From: Kondoa subrosea
Taxonomy: Eukaryota
Length of the DNA: 36,450 nt
Assembly (NCBI GenBank): GCA_039545335.1
Contig: BCIN01000003.1
Coordinates: 1,949,615-1,986,064 of the forward strand
Reading direction: 5' to 3'
In this document: one piece after another, positions 9,504 to 22,428 of the stretch
Layout: each line of letters opens with the position of its first letter
How positions within the stretch are numbered: the stretch's first letter is position 1
Notes under the pieces: model-generated
Database searches by the model: none
What the model was told of the DNA's origin: nothing
What the model saw: the letters and a program-made list of their open reading frames with translations, nothing else
Position numbers and translations under genes: made by a program

Positions 9504-11851
9504 CTAAACAGCGCTTGAACCATCGTACCACCAGAAGGAGAGAGCTGAAGCGCGAGAGATTAGTAGTGAGCCAAACCCCAAACAAGGCGTGCGTACCGAT
9601 GATGAGGTAGACAGACATGAGCGTCAATCCTTCCAACCAACTATTACGCGACTGAATGAGCATATGTATTTAGTTGATGGAACATTTAACTTACTTTGTA
9701 CGATCATCTTGGATAGCCCAATTGACGATAACGATCGAGATGAATAGAGTCAAAGTCTCAAAGATGTCGAAGAACATAGACAGAGGTTGCCCGATACTGT
9801 GTGTAAAACGTCAGCAACACCTCCTTCCAGAAATGCCTGCACAAAGACTCACGCCCAACCCAATAAGATGAGAACGGGTAAAACGAATAGCGAAATTTGA
9901 ATAGAAGAGCCAACAGCGATAGCAACTATTATAATCTGTCAGCCAACCATCCTTCTTTGACTATAGCGATGTACAACTCACTTGACAAATCCAATCGACC
10001 TTTAACCGCAACCGTGACAGCAGCAACATGTTCCGCAGCGTTACCAATCAAAGGAAGCAAGATGAAACTGATCCAGATCTTGGAAACACCTCTTGATTCA
10101 GCTAAACCATTGATACTGCTAACGAGCCATTCTGAAGTAACACCAGCAAGAGCAGCTAAGAGAAGAACCCGGTCAGAGACTGTTGCGCTTTGTATAGCAT
10201 GTAGAGCGGTGACGTACTGACTGTGAGAAGCAGAACGAAAGCAGCGCTGACTTTGAGTTTGGGTTGATGAACACCATCGTCGTTCGAAGAAGAAGAGGAA
10301 GTTGAAGAAGCTGATTCATCGGCTTCGCCATCGTCAGAACCACGGGAAGAGGAGCTTCCGTGCCAAGATGGAACACGGAAGACGTTGTCTCGCTGAGGAC
10401 GGTTGATGATGATTTCACCATCTGCAGTCTCTTGCGGTTTGTAGTAGAAGCTGTGAGTGAAGAGTTGGAAGACGAGGTAGCTACATAGACGAGTAAGCAT
10501 AGCATGAATAGTCCAAGGAACAAATCCCTTACGCTACATAGATGAATAGCAAGATGAATGCTACACCTCGGCTGAGCGACAGAATGTTGCGTTGCTATGC
10601 ATCAAGTTAGGTATTGTCTTGGACTGCATTGAAGAATAGCTCACAGTCTCGGCATCTTGGGCCGCATTCTGCTCAGGCGTACCACCATTCTGATCTTGAT
10701 AGAAACCAATAGCGGTGTCTGCAGCCAATTAGTCGGCAAGTATATGGCATCAAGACGAAATGACGTACGGAAAGCAGCAGGAATAACGATCGCATGAACC
10801 GATAGACCAAGCATAGAAATGTTGAGCTGAGTATTGCGGACGGAGTAGGGCTGATCATAGTAGCGAAGACCACCAGCAAAGAAGCTACAAGTAACAGTCG
10901 GTCAAATACATCTAAAAGAGACAGATCTCGCTTACCAGCATCCGAGAACCAGTAAAGAGTTTGAAATGATACTTCCCAGCATAGCAGCTTGCACGATAGC
11001 CAATTCGCCCTTGACGAGCCTGTGATCATCATTAGTATTATTCTAGCTAGAGGTGCGAAATCAGGACTCACGCAAGAATGGCCACAATCAATTCGATTGC
11101 GTTACTGAGTCAATTGTCAGCAAAACCCGAGCAGAGAAGAGCAGTAGCATACCCAAACGTAGCATTGAGAAGACCGCCAGCAGCATCACCAACGCGAACA
11201 GCTAATTCTTCGGTAGCGAAAGACAGTAGAGCAGCGCAAGGAATAATAGCGAGAGCCGAGGTGATGAAAACAGCAGTATCGCCAACCTTTGCGAAGTTCA
11301 GGGCCCAACTAGAAGAATCGTTCTTAGCTAAGACACCTTCCGAGTTGAAATTGATAGATTACCTGATGGGAATGCTAGATTAGGCGATGAGATGAGCCGA
11401 CACGTCAGAAGATGCAACGGTTTAGACTCACAAGACCAGTAAGATGTTGAGAGGACTGTAACGAACAGCATTGAGAAAGCAAGCCTTCCAAGCTGATCAC
11501 GAAGATTAATTTCCACAATGTCACGCGATTAGGAGAGCAAATCTTACTTGGCGGCGGTTTGAGAGCTTTCGCTGGTCCGAAGACAGGTTTCTCGAATAGG
11601 GGAGGTTTGCCAGTAGCGTGAGTAACGAAAGCGGGTCTTGCAGGTAAAGGATCTGTGTTGGATCGTTGCAAGGTAGGTGCACCTTCAGCCTGAGCGAAGT
11701 CGCGCACATTCACAGCGTCTGAGCTGCGAGAAATGCGCTTTTCCAAGAGAATTGGGTCTAGTTTGTCGTTTACATTGCCAGCCTTGTCTGGAGACAGGCC
11801 AGCGCCTGATGTTATTGAAGCATGATTAGAGGTTTGAGAAGAATTTGGCAT
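9504..11851 (-). CDS. Ca2+/H+ antiporter (CAX/Vcx1 family)
   Basis: Multi-exon membrane protein with alpha-1 repeat (GLLNATFG..IVAI..ASMLGS) and alpha-2 repeat (LLPLIGNAAEHVAAVTVAVKG). Also LFQLFTH-like YLVFQLFTH, an acidic loop, and a C-terminus WAIQDDRTNWLEGLTLMSVYLIIALSFWWYDGSSAV*. Start codon less certain. Confidence 0.88.
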
Positions 11852-12628
11852 TCAATGTAGTAGGTTGCTCTGTTGCAGGCACTGTCAGACGTGTGCGCGA
11901 GCAAGGCAGCGAAGGTCGACTCACTTGGAAGCGTGGTGGTCGAGAAAGAGCTGAGTTCGGGAAGCACACTCAGAGTGTGAGATGTGGCAATTGCTTGGCA
12001 GTGCATCATGATGATAACGTGATAACACCTTTAACCGTGGTGCAGTGCAAAGGACTAATGAGTTGTGCGAGCGAAGCTGCGTTCGCAAGCCTCCTATGGC
12101 AAAATCGCAATGTTTGCGCTTCCTTCCAGTTAGAGGCACTTGCTCGTTAGTCGTTCGCCAAACTTCAGGACGCAGCTTTGTAGCATGGCACAGTTACCTT
12201 CGGGGCTTTCTCTTATATCATCTCGCCTTCTTGTCTTCTGGGAGCTGGCTTGCGAATTTCATGCGCTTTTCGCCGCACTGCCATTGTGCCATGAAGGGAC
12301 TTCTTATTCTGTACTGCTGAACAGCGCAGTCACAGCCAGAATAGACCTCACTATATTAAACTCAGCTGTCTGAGGCCTCCTAATTCTTCTCGGGCGATGC
12401 TTAGTTAGTACTGTTTGTCGCGACTGCGATGTCTAATTCGATTCGCAGAAATATATGTACACGCTGCACGTCTTCCTCTGTAGTCTGCGCTATGTTAAAA
12501 ATCTAGCCTAGTGCATCCGGTATGAAAATCTGCGATTGTCATACGAGAAGCTTCTTCTTTTGTAGAAGAATCTCTTCTATATATGAGTGACGCTCGTCTT
12601 CGATTGACGTCGCTCTTCGATTCGCGCC

Positions 12629-12635
12629 TATAAAA
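12629..12635 (+). promoter_or_regulatory. TATA box of the secreted-protein gene
   Basis: TATAAAA followed by a CT-rich tract and an A-rich caaaATG context at 12710. Confidence 0.65.
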
Positions 12636-12709
12636 GCAGTATTTTCATCTTTCTCTCCTTCTCTCTTCACCATACCTTCCCTTACTTCACTCACTACAAC
12701 ATAAACAAA

Positions 12710-13746
12710 ATGAAATTCCTCTCTCTCCTCTCCACTGCAACTCTCTTTGCTGCTTCTCTCTCTTCATGCTCAGCTCTCAGCATCGAAGACCGCTCTCTTG
12801 CAGCTCGCACTACTTCTTCTCAGCAATGCACCCAAATCTCAAGCTTGAAGGCAGATTTGCTCGAGCTCAAAGCTGAGCTTGCTACTCCACTGGCCGCTCT
12901 AGCTGTTGACATCAAGCTCGTGAGTGCTCTCATCTCTTTCTTTTTCTTCTATTTGACTGACAACATTGTTGTGCAGATCAAGGCCGGTAGCCTCACTGTT
13001 CCAGTCAAAGTCACCCTCGATCTTCAGGCCATTATCGCTATCTTGAACAAGCATGTTCTCTCTATCCAAGCTATTGTCAAAGTCAAGATTGCCAAACGTG
13101 AAACCTCTACTTCTACCAAGAAAATCACTTCAACCTCCACTAAGAAGGTCACCTCTACTAGAAAAGTCACCTCGACTCACGCTTCTTCAACTCACAAGTC
13201 TTCCTCCGCTGCCGCTCCTTCGGCAACCAACTGCGCTTCTCCTTCCCTCATCAAAGAAATCGCTGAAATTAGTTAGTCCAATTCCATCCTCATGCACAAG
13301 CATAGCTCATGTTTAACTCCCATTAGTCGCCGAAATCATTGAGGAACTCGTCTCCGTAATCATCCTGCTGTTGGTTGCTTTGAAGAAGTCGTAAGCTCTT
13401 TCTATCCTCTTTCTAGCTGTACACCTGACAGACTTCCCTACCTTCAGACCTCTTCTCAAATCAATCTTGGCTCCTTTGTTGAAGCAAATCGATTCCGCTC
13501 TTGGTATGATCCTCGTCAGCCTTCTTTTCATTACTTTGCAGTATGGAACCAATTCTGAGACATTTGGGGTTAGGCTGGTGTCGCCTTGATCTTGAAGGGT
13601 GTTCTCGTTCTTGTCGGCGATTTCGTTGCTGACTTGGCTTCAACTCTCAAGGTGAGTTCTTTCCCCATCATCTCAATGTTTTACCGATTGGGTTCTTGAT
13701 ATAATAGGGTTTGGGATCTGTCGTCCCAGGTCTCTTGAACTTGTAA
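12710..13746 (+). CDS. Secreted SC15-like amphipathic protein with Ser/Thr-rich linker
   Basis: Signal peptide MKFLSLLSTATLFAASLSSCSA, Leu/Ile/Val-rich helical blocks, TSTSTKK repeats. Spliced C-terminus LAPLLKQIDSALGMIL|AGVALILKGVLVLVGDFVADLASTLK|GLGSVVPGLLNL* resembles the basidiomycete SC15 family. Confidence 0.7.
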
Positions 13747-14053
13747 GAACTCGGCTTGTAGCACCTCAAAAAAGATACTAGATCCACATATACGGGATCA
13801 TTTTTAAACTAGACAATGCATGCACTTCGTTTCATTCTGATACACAACACAAGTGCTACATTTTACTGCTTGTTTCGTCTGCTTAGATTGACTAGTCCTT
13901 ATATCTTAGTCACGCATGCAAAGAAACAATTAGGCCCCCCCTCCTTATCAATATTTCATTCCGTATGTGAGAAAAGTTTATCATAGTCCGTGTATCCATT
14001 TCTCCCTTCTTCTTCTGTGATATTCCCTGACAGATTGTACCTCTTAACTCATG

Positions 14054-16135
14054 TTACTGATAAGCAGGAGGAGGAACCCTGCCAGTCGAACTAGTCATAC
14101 TTCCACCAGCAGCTCCACCACTATATCTTTGGAAATTGCTCTCCACTTCTTCTCTCCTTGCTTCCTCATCTTTCGTTGTGGTTGAGGATTGGCCAGAAAG
14201 CGAAGGTGCATGACTCGCTCCTACTGCTGGACGGAGTTGACCTTGTGCAGGGCCTGGATCACCAGAAGCGATTGGTCGACCAGTTTCAGCTACTGTTGGA
14301 TCTTTGTAAGAGCCAGATAATGGGTCAACCTGCAAAGAAACAAGCTTAAAAGATGCCTCAACAAAGATATTTCGCGGACATACAGGATGAGCGACGGGTA
14401 CGGGAGGTGATAGAGGTGCGCCGCTGGTCAAGTTAGGGCTAGTCATTGGCAAGGCGGAAGATGATGGTGCAAAGTTGAGCGAATTATGAGTTTGCGGAAC
14501 ATCATGAGCGAACGCAGGCTTGTCGCTAGCGTAAGCGGAAGATGGGATAGGAGGAACCGAATGATGGTCAGCGAAAGGAGATTGATCTGTGTTGCTTCGG
14601 ACTGGAGAAACTGGTCCATGAGAAGGCTGATCTGCTGGATGACGAGATGGTAGAGGAGGTCCGGGATGAGCGACAGAGTGTACAGAAGCGGAAGAAGATT
14701 GCACAGGATGAGTTTCCGAATAATGACCGGGCATCGCGGAAGTGGTGTCGTGAAGTTCAGGTTGGTGATCATCAATCCTAGCCAATTCGTTTGCATGAGT
14801 GTCACCGAAAGAAGATCTGTGCATCACATGAGCAGATTCACTCCCCGATCGAGAGACAGACATACCCAGCGCGGATAGACACGTTGTCCTGCTCAGCGTA
14901 GGCTTCCAGTTGAGGTGCGCGGATATGTGGCGAAGTAGGTGAGTAAGCCTTAAGCGCTTGTTCTGCTTGTTCTTTGATGGCTTCGGTGCGAGCATAGCCA
15001 GTGTACTTCTGAGGGTGAGGATGAACAGCGGATGTAGCTTCCAAACCATCAAGTAGCAATTGACCATAGCCAGCTCTACAAAGGAAACAACTTCACTTCG
15101 TTGTCCGTAGTCGGATGATATTCCAACTCACAAGATTGACAGCTTTTCGCCCATTGTCTTCAATCCAGAGAGTTGCAATTCATAACACTCCTTGAGCTTT
15201 TGCCGTTTCATAGCTTCAACAGAAGCTTCGGAAGCAGCATCGTTAGCTTCGAGATGTTTCAATTCGCTTTCCAGAGCCTATCAAAGCAAATTAGCGCTAT
15301 ATAACTATACGCTTCGACGGAGACTGACCATGATCTTTGCAGCTTCAGCTTTCTTAGCAATCAACTCATCCATTCTTCGCTTTGTGTCAGCACGTTTGTC
15401 ACGAGATGGACGCAATTTCTGTCAAGGTTACTCTTAGCGATGCAAAGACTGTATGAGAAAGATTCACTTACATCCTCGAAATTGCGAATGTCTTTGAGCG
15501 CTTGACGAGATTGTTCCAAAGTCTTTGCATAAGCGTCATGAATCTCGCCTTGTTCATAAGCGACCCAAGCTAGACGATCAGTCGTATCTTTGATATCGGC
15601 AGCGGAATCGACGGTTTGATCAGAGCCCCAAGTGTATCTGCATTCATTGTGAGTTTTAAAAGTTATCAAGACAGGATAACTCACAAGTGCTTCGAATACG
15701 TCTTGTTCTCTCTGGCAGAAGCTTCCGCGTCGTAGCTGACACCTCGAGCGGCCTGGCAGAGATATTAGCCAAGTCTTATGTCATCATACGCCCGACCGCA
15801 CCTTGATAACGAGCTGAAGCTTCTTAGTATGTACAGATTGGTTAGGGTTGTATTGAGCAGCGCTATTCTTCCTCATCAGCAAGCATTAGAGCTACTTTGA
15901 AGATCAAAGCTCACGCATTTCGCAAGTCATGGCGCATGCTTCCCAATGAGAACGCAGAGGCTCGACCAGGTGAACCAGGAGATCCAGCTACTGAAGGAGC
16001 AGGTGTACCGTCGTGCGTGGTAGTGTCCTGTCCGTGTTGAGCTTTATAACGTTCGCTTTGCTGGTCATAGATTGTTTTGGCTTGATTGGCAGCCTGCGTT
16101 GCTCCAGCTTTGACTTTCTCGAATAGTCCACTCAT
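14054..16135 (-). CDS. Pil1/Lsp1-like eisosome BAR-domain protein with a long disordered tail
   Basis: YTWG..DIKDTTDRLAW..YAKTLEQSRQALKDIRNFED and EAMKRQKLKECY match the Pil1 BAR pattern. Multi-exon; Pro/Ser-rich tail ending PPPAYQ*. Confidence 0.75.
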
Positions 16136-16313
16136 ATCTGTCTTATTCTGGTTGAACAAGGTGGTTTGTCACAAGGGACGGAGGCTCAAACTCGCGAAGG
16201 TAACAAATGACGGAAGGCGGTGTCAACAAACAAGACATACGTGGCTCGGGGAAGCTGTGCAGCTGCTGTCGACCGAAGGCAAGCATCTATCCGTCTAGAA
16301 AGCATACAATGAC

Positions 16314-17366
16314 CTATCGCACCCTGATGATTTGACCATCGAAAGCTGGAACAATGCTATACTCTTGCTGATCCTTGCAACGCTTCTCTACATCCTCATG
16401 AGTAGTATGATGACCTGCACACAATCCTATCAGCTCAAGAAACAAGCAAAGCAAAACAGCGGCTCACTGATGTCCACCAGAAACACCCTTGTGTCCTTGC
16501 CAAACTTCAAAACTGGTTCTTGACCATATTGCTCACAGGCCATGATGACTATGGAAGGCTTAGCTTCTTGTAAAACAGTCTGAGCTTCTTCCAAGAGTAG
16601 ACCGGATGGAGAATTGATGAAAGCGATCTTGTTATCAATCATGTATCCCATGGAATGTATTGCTGATCTGCCCTTTTCGAAGACTGGAGACCTGATCAGC
16701 CGGAGTCATCGAGACAGGATGTTTGCTGACTCACTAGGTAAAGGCTGAATACTCAATCCTGCTACATCAAACGCTTCATAGTTTCCAATCGCATGAAAGG
16801 CCAATGCAGGAGGAAATCCGGCTATCGAAGTTTGAATGAGCCCCGGTACCAAGTCTGAAGTAATTGGACTCACTGGAACTCTTCTTCCGATCGACCAGAT
16901 ACGGCATTCTCGCCTCGAAGTCGTTCAAAGCTTCGTTAGATAAGTAGACATCCACATGATCTTGCAAGGCATGCTGAATTCCGCCTAGTGTCCAATTGTT
17001 GAGGCCATCTGTTCCATACATTGCTTCATCACTGTTGGTGACTAGAGCAGCATCGATAGTTGAAAGACTGATCAATTCGCGTCAGGCAATTGGCTCTACT
17101 AGGTAAAGGGATAGAATTTACTTGTGTAAAGGAAAGAGCGCACAGCTGGATTCATAAAAATCCATAGGTAAATCCAGAACAATGGTTTTCTTCTCCTCGT
17201 TGGGCAGAGTAGCAGTAACGACTACACAGGTTTCTCTTCTTCTGTCTTTGCTTCCGTGAAACTGTGCGAAACAGCATGCATCGCAAGCTTGTTCTTTCGT
17301 TAGGCAATTGATATCTGGTGTGCCTCTGTGGCCCGAACCAAGGATGAGGATTTCGTAGGAAGTCAT
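16314..17366 (-). CDS. PhnP-like metallo-beta-lactamase-fold protein with degenerate catalytic motifs
   Basis: EILILGSG..P..NCLT..CDAC..RRRETC..TIVLD..FP..IDAALVT..NWTL..MPYLV..PAFDG fit the fungal PhnP-like family. Five exons with canonical introns. Confidence 0.8.
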
Positions 17367-17748
17367 TATTGGGTAGATAAGGACGAGGATGAGAGATGAA
17401 CAGGCAAGCTGAGAGAAGGTTCGAAGATGCACACGAACGAGAACGCACTGCCTGGACAAAGGGCATAGCCAGGCTATGGCAAGATGTAGACGAGAGATAA
17501 CAAGGATATCAAAGCGCAGGGACAGCGCTACTTGACAAGGACGGTCTGTGCTGGCTGGCGCAGCTGGAACTTGCCAATAATGTTCATAATGTAAGTTCAC
17601 GCATCGCGTTGCAGCGTGAAGTTCTAAAATTCAGCTGCGATAATCGCTACAGAGACGTTGCAGATGACTGCTGGAGAATCTCGGCGAGAGTCGCAGATGG
17701 AGGCCAAGTATTAACAGCTCGTAACGTTAAATCATTACCGCCACGATC

Positions 17749-18126
17749 ATGATCATGCTGAACAGACTCGTTCGCCCTAGCTTGCTACAGCACAGCTCCC
17801 TCTTAACAGCAAGACATGCTTCTTCTTCTTCCTCTCGCTCGCCGTTAATGGAGCGACCTGGTCCACCACCTCTACCTAAAGATCAGCAAAAGGAATTTGA
17901 AGCCTTGCTCAAGAAAGTCAACACACCTCTAGCTGCCTCTTCTTCTAGTGAGACGTCAGAATCCAAAGTCGATGGACAGCAAGAGTATCATCCAGATATT
18001 AGACGAGGACCCAAACCTGAGTTTGAAGGAGATCGGAATCCAAAGACGGGCGAAATGGGAGGACCAAAGACTGAACCGGTGAAATGGAACGATTGGTCAT
18101 TCGGTGGTAGAGCTACGGATTTCTAG
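17749..18126 (+). CDS. SDH8: Succinate dehydrogenase assembly factor 4 (DUF1674)
   Basis: Mitochondrial presequence, PGPPPLPKDQQKEFE, and C-terminal EFEGDRNPKTGEMGGPKTEPVKWNDWSFGGRATDF. Intronless. Confidence 0.92.
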   Translation: MIMLNRLVRPSLLQHSSLLTARHASSSSSRSPLMERPGPPPLPKDQQKEFEALLKKVNTPLAASSSSETSESKVDGQQEYHPDIRRGPKPEFEGDRNPKTGEMGGPKTEPVKWNDWSFGGRATDF

Positions 18127-18498
18127 ATCGCTTGGATTTGATTGGACTTCGTCGCTTATTGGGTATGCCGTTCTTTCTTCTATGGCTTAGCTTGCCTGAT
18201 GATTTAGTCAAGACAGGCAGTCGCCTTCACTTAAGAAGACTGCTTCAGAGATGCCAATTCTCGAAACACAAAGCTGGAAGCGCCATCAGCTATTCCCCAA
18301 ACCGAGACTGTTGCTTTCTGGCAATGGCATCAGAAAGCATGTATACACCTTGTACAAGCAGCATTAGCATAGATGAATAATACTGTAATAAACATTGTCT
18401 GTCGCATTCATTGTGCAGAAGATTGACATGCGAAGGCCAGCTCTATATTGCAGCTCTAGATTATAACGATATAATATTATAATACATGCACAACCTCC

Positions 18499-21400
18499 TC
18501 ATCCCGCTTGTCGATCAGAGCCCACTATTCGATTTACATTAACTTAAGCATTTCTTTAAATGAAAGCCAAACTCACAAAGTAATGTAGAATAGAGACCAG
18601 CTGCTGATGCTTCCGTTTTGAGCTACATTACCAATCTTAGCAATGTATTCAAGCTGACGAGGAAAGGGGAAAGCGATCGTACCTGAATCATATAAACGAT
18701 TCCCGTTCTTGATCCAGCATCAGACAATTCAATAGCAATCCCAGTTTTCCCTACTCGTTCCACTCCATCCGTCAGAACGATAGTAGAGATCAGGATCGTT
18801 TTCCCATTCTTGCCAGAATCAACAACCAACTGTTTGGTATTGGTGGGAGTTTGTTTGTACAATTTTAGATTCGCTTGACCTAGAGATTTCCATTGCTGAT
18901 GACTGGTTTGCAAAAAGACTTTGCATTTCTCTTGAGCGATGATTTCACTTCGTACTGGTCCACTAGCTTTGACGGGCGAAGGTGGTGGGCTGTCATCTTC
19001 ACTCTGTCTAGGTTGAGATGAGGAAGCAAGAAGTTGAGTCGAAGGTGCTCGGTAATGCCTATCTCCGTCAGCTGAAGAAGAGCGAGTTGGCATATCGCCA
19101 AACTCATTAGGTGCTTGCAGTGACATGTTTGAACCATTGCTTTTGCCGGGCAAAGGCGGCGCCAAAGCTGCTGCTTGCGAAGCATCTCTTAGAGAGCCAA
19201 GTGATCGGGAAGAGAGATTTTGCCGCATCTGTTGACTTGCTGGCAAAGAATGATGGTGATTTGGCGGTGCGCGATGATGCTGTTGCTGCGAAGGCGAAGA
19301 ACCAAAAGACTGGAAGCTGTGATCAGAGAATGCAGAAGGCGAGACTAGTCCCGGAGACCGCTGGCCAGGTCGGTACGAATTGAAGTCTTGAGGAGCAGCA
19401 ATTGGCATCGAAGCACTGGATTGAGATCGCCACATCGCATCGGGTTGTTGATCTGGTAAAGAAGAGCGATATTGTCTTGCTGGATCTTGACGAGGATCTG
19501 GCCGTGCTAGAGGCTGCTGATACTGATCTGGAGGAAGGTGCGGATTCGAAGACATGGACAAAGCTGATTCCGAGCGAAAAGGTTGCTGAGCATATTGCGC
19601 GGGCACTGGACCAGAGAAAGACCGAGTTTGTTGCTGTTGTTGAGGCGGCCCGTAGCCAGGTTGATGATGTACGGGAGAAAATGACTGCTGTGACGGAGAA
19701 GGAGGAAGAGGAGATCTGGATCTAGGAGGTGCCATTGTCTGATTCTGGTTAGAGTATGAAGGTTGTCCATGTGAAGGAGAGGGCCCTCGAATGCCATGAT
19801 AGGACGCAGCTCCTCCAGGCGAAAGGGGACTAGGCGAAAGAACGCCACTTCGATTATCGCTATCTCGACGATTCTGATCTGTGCGTATACGAGGCAATTC
19901 TACTCAAGCTTGTTAGACCTCGGTCGTTAGACTGAATTATCGACTCACGATTATTACCAAAAGAAATGCAATCCTCGAATGCTGTCATCCACCTATCACG
20001 GTCCTCTCGACTTGGCGCGCGCATCAAGAGAGTTTCCCTCTTCATGATAACAATTTCGAAGTCCGTGCCCTCCGGATCGGACAGATCAGGCGAAACTTTA
20101 AGATGCTTTCCTGCCAAAGGAGGGAAGAGTAACCACATATCAGCACCTTCTTGCCCTTGTTCACCTTCGGCAAAGCGCTCGCAGACCAGGAAAAGATCAG
20201 TGAGAAGAAAGATGTGCGCATCAGCAATGTAGACTTCTTCTGGTGGCCCATTAGGAGAAGGAACAATTGAAGTTGGTCGGAAAGACATGTTGACATCTCC
20301 ATCATATCGAACATGTCGTACGTAGCTCAAGCCAGGTGGGTTCATCTGTAGCCGACATTTCTGCAACGTGAAATTGGCAAGCGTTTAGCTTTTCTGGCAG
20401 TTGCCAGAGAATTGAGCATCCCTCACCTTTGGTTTCATAGTGAATACATCCAAAGTTCTAGCCGTGTCCAGCCGTCTTTCCAGATCGGTGATATCGTAAT
20501 CACCAAATGATTGTTCCTGCTGTTTTGCTTTATTCGATTCGTTCCAGCTTGATGTACGACTATCCGTTCCAGTCGAGTTGGAATTACTCAAACCAGAAGT
20601 AGATCCTCTTGTGCCTTCGCCTGACAACGAAGTTCGAGTAGTGTTGGACTGATCAGTGTACCGTTGACTGCTAGCGGCACTTCCGTTTGTTCGATGTTGC
20701 GGGTTAGCTTGTTCTACAGGTTGACTGTATTGCGATTGCTGCTGCTGCTGCTCTAGGTCTTGCTTGGTTGGAGATCTCGGCGGTGTGGGGAGTGGAGAAT
20801 TTTGCCTTGAAGAGCTCGACTTTCTCGAGCGTAATTCTAAAGGTGCAGTTGGTGGCAATTGAGGCAAAGGGGATTCTGTGGAGCTTTCAGGTAGTTGTGG
20901 TGCTGGTTTTTGCGATGCGGGAGGAATAGCAACACCATCCGATATAAGTACAGATCGATCAAGTACTTCATCGCAAGATGCTATCAAATCATCCAGCTTC
21001 TCATTTGCGCCGACCAGTAGCCTATGATCTGATCGACCTTCCTGAGTCGACTTGAGTAAGCGCGAGTACAGCTTTTTATAATATCGCAAGCGGTTGTAGG
21101 GAAGAAGAAAGAGGGTATCCAAGGTGTTGAGATCTTCTGGTAGACCAGCCAAGATACGTGCTAGATTAGGGTTGCTTTGTACGGGTTGATAATCATCGAA
21201 AGAAGTTTGATAGGCGAGAGAATAGCGTTGATAAGCTGGTTCCAGATCATCGATCTAGCAAATCAAGTCAGCATACATATACGATTCTTCCTCTATCTAT
21301 GTTGTACTGACCCAGCGCATCAGGAGATCTCCTAAAGCTTTCGGCGAAGCTGGGTTTGGTCCTATGTCTTCTAGTTTTCCTAATAAGGTTCTATTGATCC

Positions 21401-21932
21401 TATAGACTGCTTCTATAGCACGAAACATTTGATCTAAGGCCGGCGGTGGGAAATTGCTTCTCGACCAAGCTGCAGCAACTTTTTTGATTACACTTGCTAA
21501 ATCTTCGACATAGATTCGTTCGGTGTCGATGAGATCCGTAAGAGGATTTGCTGGCTTCTTGCTACCTGAGCTCGTGGATGCTATAGGTGAAGACTCATTA
21601 GACTCGTTCTGCTGCTGATGCTGTTGCGACCTTGATGGGATGTTGTTTAAATTCATTTGCGACAAGTTTTCCGGCGGCATTGGCAGAGATTTGGGCTCAT
21701 TCGCTTCTCGGCCAGCTATTTGAGATGAACTCGATGGTACGTAGCCGGCGGAAGCGCTAGGTCCGCGTCCATCATTGGCTTGAGAATATGTTTGATGCGT
21801 TCGAGAACCTGGCCCAAACTGTTGCTGTTGACGAGCATAGCCTGGAGACGTTGGCCCTGGTGAACGAGGACTAGACAGTCCAGGCATGACAAACGTGTCG
21901 GAGCGCGGAATCGACGGCAGACTGAAGTTCAT
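18499..21932 (-). CDS. Rho guanine nucleotide exchange factor (DH-PH) with a C-terminal PH/RanBD-like domain
   Basis: DH start LTDLIDTERIYVEDL and end LFLLPYNRLRYYKKLYSRLLKST; PH motif HIFLLTDLFLVCE..RDRWMTAF; final domain CKVFLQTSHQQWKSLG..YMIQ|LKTEASAAGLYSTLL; last exon stop at 18499. Confidence 0.85.
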
Positions 21933-22428
21933 CTGTCGTATTCGTTAGGAGGGAAGTGTCAAAAGGCTTCCTGTCGCACGATTCGTGTCGTTACTTGCGC
22001 AGACGTTCTGCAAGTGTGGAAGGGTATCAAGAGCTGGGAAATCGATGGCAAGCCCTTCAATGGCGAAAGATGAGAGCAGTCCGAGCTGTCAGCGGAAAGC
22101 GTGGATCTTGGCTGAAGCTCCTCTCAGATCGTGAAGGTATGACTGTCTTGAGGAAGCAGATCACTCATGCAGATAGCATGACTTGAAGTAGCGGTTCGTT
22201 ATTGACCATGGGATGCTGTTTTCTTCCTTCGGGAGCACGGCGCGAAGTCACTCGTGCGGACCCGTGGTCTTCTGCTGTCGCGTCGCAATCACTGCCTTAA
22301 TCAATAACGATGCTAAATATGCCTATTTGATTGCAACATGGCATCTCCATATAACGATGTTTTCACCAAATTAAGTTTCCCAATGCCTGATTGACTTCAT
22401 CCCTCTCTTTCAATCTTCGAGACCCATA

